Source of the DNA: Candidatus Altimarinota bacterium
GTDB taxonomy: Bacteria; Patescibacteriota; Gracilibacteria; UBA1369
Length of the DNA stretch: 64,000 nucleotides
NCBI GenBank assembly: GCA_963677745.1
Contig: OY782391.1
Span: 256,001-320,000 of the forward strand
Direction: 5' to 3'
Shown here: one piece after another, positions 62,587 to 64,000 of the stretch
Layout of the letters: each line of letters begins with the position of its first letter
How positions within the stretch are numbered: the stretch's first letter is position 1
The notes under the pieces: generated by a model
The model's input: only the letters and a program-made list of their open reading frames with translations
Database searches by the model: none
What the model was told of the DNA's origin: nothing
Position numbers and translations under genes: made by a program

Positions 62587-63021
62587 ATGACCAAAACAAA
62601 CCCCTCACAACCCGCCACTGCCCAAGCCTGCTTTGCCGCCGGCTGTTTCTGGGGTACGGAAGCCTATTTCAAGCAATTGCCGGGTGTCCTGGACACCGAG
62701 GTCGGCTACACCGGCGGCCACACTGAAAATCCCACCTATGAGCAGGTGCTGCACGATGACACCAATCACGCCGAGGCCCTGCTAATCACTTTTGATCCCT
62801 CCCGTCTCAGTTACGCGGATCTGCTCAGGCATTTCTGGCGCATGCACGATCCGACCTCGCTCAACCGCCAGGGTAATGATGTGGGCGCGCAGTACCGTTC
62901 CGCAATTTTTTACACGACGGACGGACAGAAAAAAGAAGCCGAAGAACAAAAAAAACAATTGCAGAAAAACCCCGGCGGCTACTGCCACGTGAACCTGTCA
63001 CTGGCCAAAAAGCCTCTATAA
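62587..63021 (+). CDS. msrA: Peptide methionine sulfoxide reductase A, internally shortened
   Basis: AAGCFWG, VGYTGG, HAE, RQGNDVGAQYRSAIF, NPGGYCH. Confidence 0.88.
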   Translation: MTKTNPSQPATAQACFAAGCFWGTEAYFKQLPGVLDTEVGYTGGHTENPTYEQVLHDDTNHAEALLITFDPSRLSYADLLRHFWRMHDPTSLNRQGNDVGAQYRSAIFYTTDGQKKEAEEQKKQLQKNPGGYCHVNLSLAKKPL

Positions 63022-63078
63022 AAAAGGTCTGCCCAAGCAAACCCCTTGATACCTCATATATTGTAATCCATTACATCA

Positions 63079-63999
63079 TCATTTATTTAGCCAGTAAGAA
63101 TTATCAACTGCTCCCTGTTGATAGTTTTTCCAGTAATTGGCATCCATTTTCCCCTGCGACAAATCGTAGTAGAAAGTTTTCATGGCCTCTATTTTTCCGG
63201 CCATATAGGGATCCTGCCCCCGCGCCCAGGACTGGACACACTCCGGCGAAAAAAGTATCTGCGCCACCACCGCCCGATCCTCGGCCGCATTCTTTTGCTG
63301 ATAGCCGAAAACAAAGCCGTCCGGCTTACCGGATTCACTGAAAAACGGATAACTGGCGCTTGCACCTTCGCGCATATCATAGACAGTTCCTTCGGGATTA
63401 AGTTTTTTCCATTCGGGAAAGGATTTGGCTTCTTCCTCCACCAACTCCGGTCCATCAAAAAAATGCTGTAATTCATGAAGCATCACTGCCTTAAAAGCGG
63501 TTTCTTCCATAATTCGCGGAAATTTATCCCCAAGATTTATTTGTATTTGATGACGGTCTCCGATACCCAAATGATTGCCAAAGGTTTGCCGGCCAAGCTC
63601 CACGAACATGAGCTTGCCCCGGATCATCTCATCGGGAAACAGATGCAGGACGTCAATCGTCCATTTCAACATATTCAAACGGTCAATCTCTCTGCATGAA
63701 GCCACCTCATCATCCGCCTGCGGCAATCCCACGTATAAACCATAACGCATATGCAGCAGGGCAATATAAGCCATATTATCGCGTTTGATCTCTTCCTGAT
63801 AAAGAACATTTTCCACACTGTCCTTGACGGACTGAGCGGTTGCGGCCTGGGTCAAAAGACCGGCCGACAGCAGAAATGGCGAGGCCTTGATTAACAGGGA
63901 ACCCAGCTTGCTTCTACTGCTCCCTTTGTTCAGCTTTGCCTCCTCATACTTAGAAATATTGTGAACTGGCAACTGATTTTCTGAATTTTCCTTATTCAT
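63079..63999 (-). CDS. HExxH zinc metallopeptidase-like protein (start at window edge)
   Basis: VMLHELQHFFD, GFVFGY...AEDRA. Confidence 0.7.
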   Translation of the reverse strand: MNKENSENQLPVHNISKYEEAKLNKGSSRSKLGSLLIKASPFLLSAGLLTQAATAQSVKDSVENVLYQEEIKRDNMAYIALLHMRYGLYVGLPQADDEVASCREIDRLNMLKWTIDVLHLFPDEMIRGKLMFVELGRQTFGNHLGIGDRHQIQINLGDKFPRIMEETAFKAVMLHELQHFFDGPELVEEEAKSFPEWKKLNPEGTVYDMREGASASYPFFSESGKPDGFVFGYQQKNAAEDRAVVAQILFSPECVQSWARGQDPYMAGKIEAMKTFYYDLSQGKMDANYWKNYQQGAVDNSYWLNK

Positions 64000-64000
64000 C

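Overview
Bacterial chromosomal window that looks like a Patescibacteria (CPR) genome, most likely Peregrinibacteria-like. This is inferred from six SLH-domain proteins, AT-rich leaders mostly without Shine-Dalgarno sequences, and TGA used as a stop codon (code 11). Housekeeping content: groES-groEL with a CIRCE element, rny, ccdA-dsbA, bcp, gmk, ssb, a complete atpBEFHAGDC operon, a Trm11-like methyltransferase, msrA, and tRNA-Arg(CCG), tRNA-Gln(CTG) and tRNA-Asn(GTT). An accessory zone runs from about 30.9 to 56 kb. It holds a DUF3626-like ADP-ribosyltransferase candidate, a radical SAM + SPOUT pair, a dinJ/yafQ-type toxin-antitoxin pair, several orphans and a low-GC defence island (T5orf172, NERD, MmeI-type RM, AIPR). 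The most striking signals are non-coding. (1) A 71-nt non-canonical tRNA-like RNA at 44202-44272 carries alanine identity elements, is embedded in a self-antisense precursor, and has partial complementarity to the leader of the divergent orphan gene. (2) A ~510-nt multi-domain structured transcription unit at 20899-21411 has tandem consensus promoters and a terminator but no credible ORF. (3) A GC-rich structured cassette at 17.56-18.0 kb has a leader resembling that of the 43982 orphan. (4) Decayed copies of a Cys-rich gene's 3' end punctuate the defence island. All protein calls come from motif recognition by eye and all RNA folds are hand-derived; no database searches or folding programs were run.
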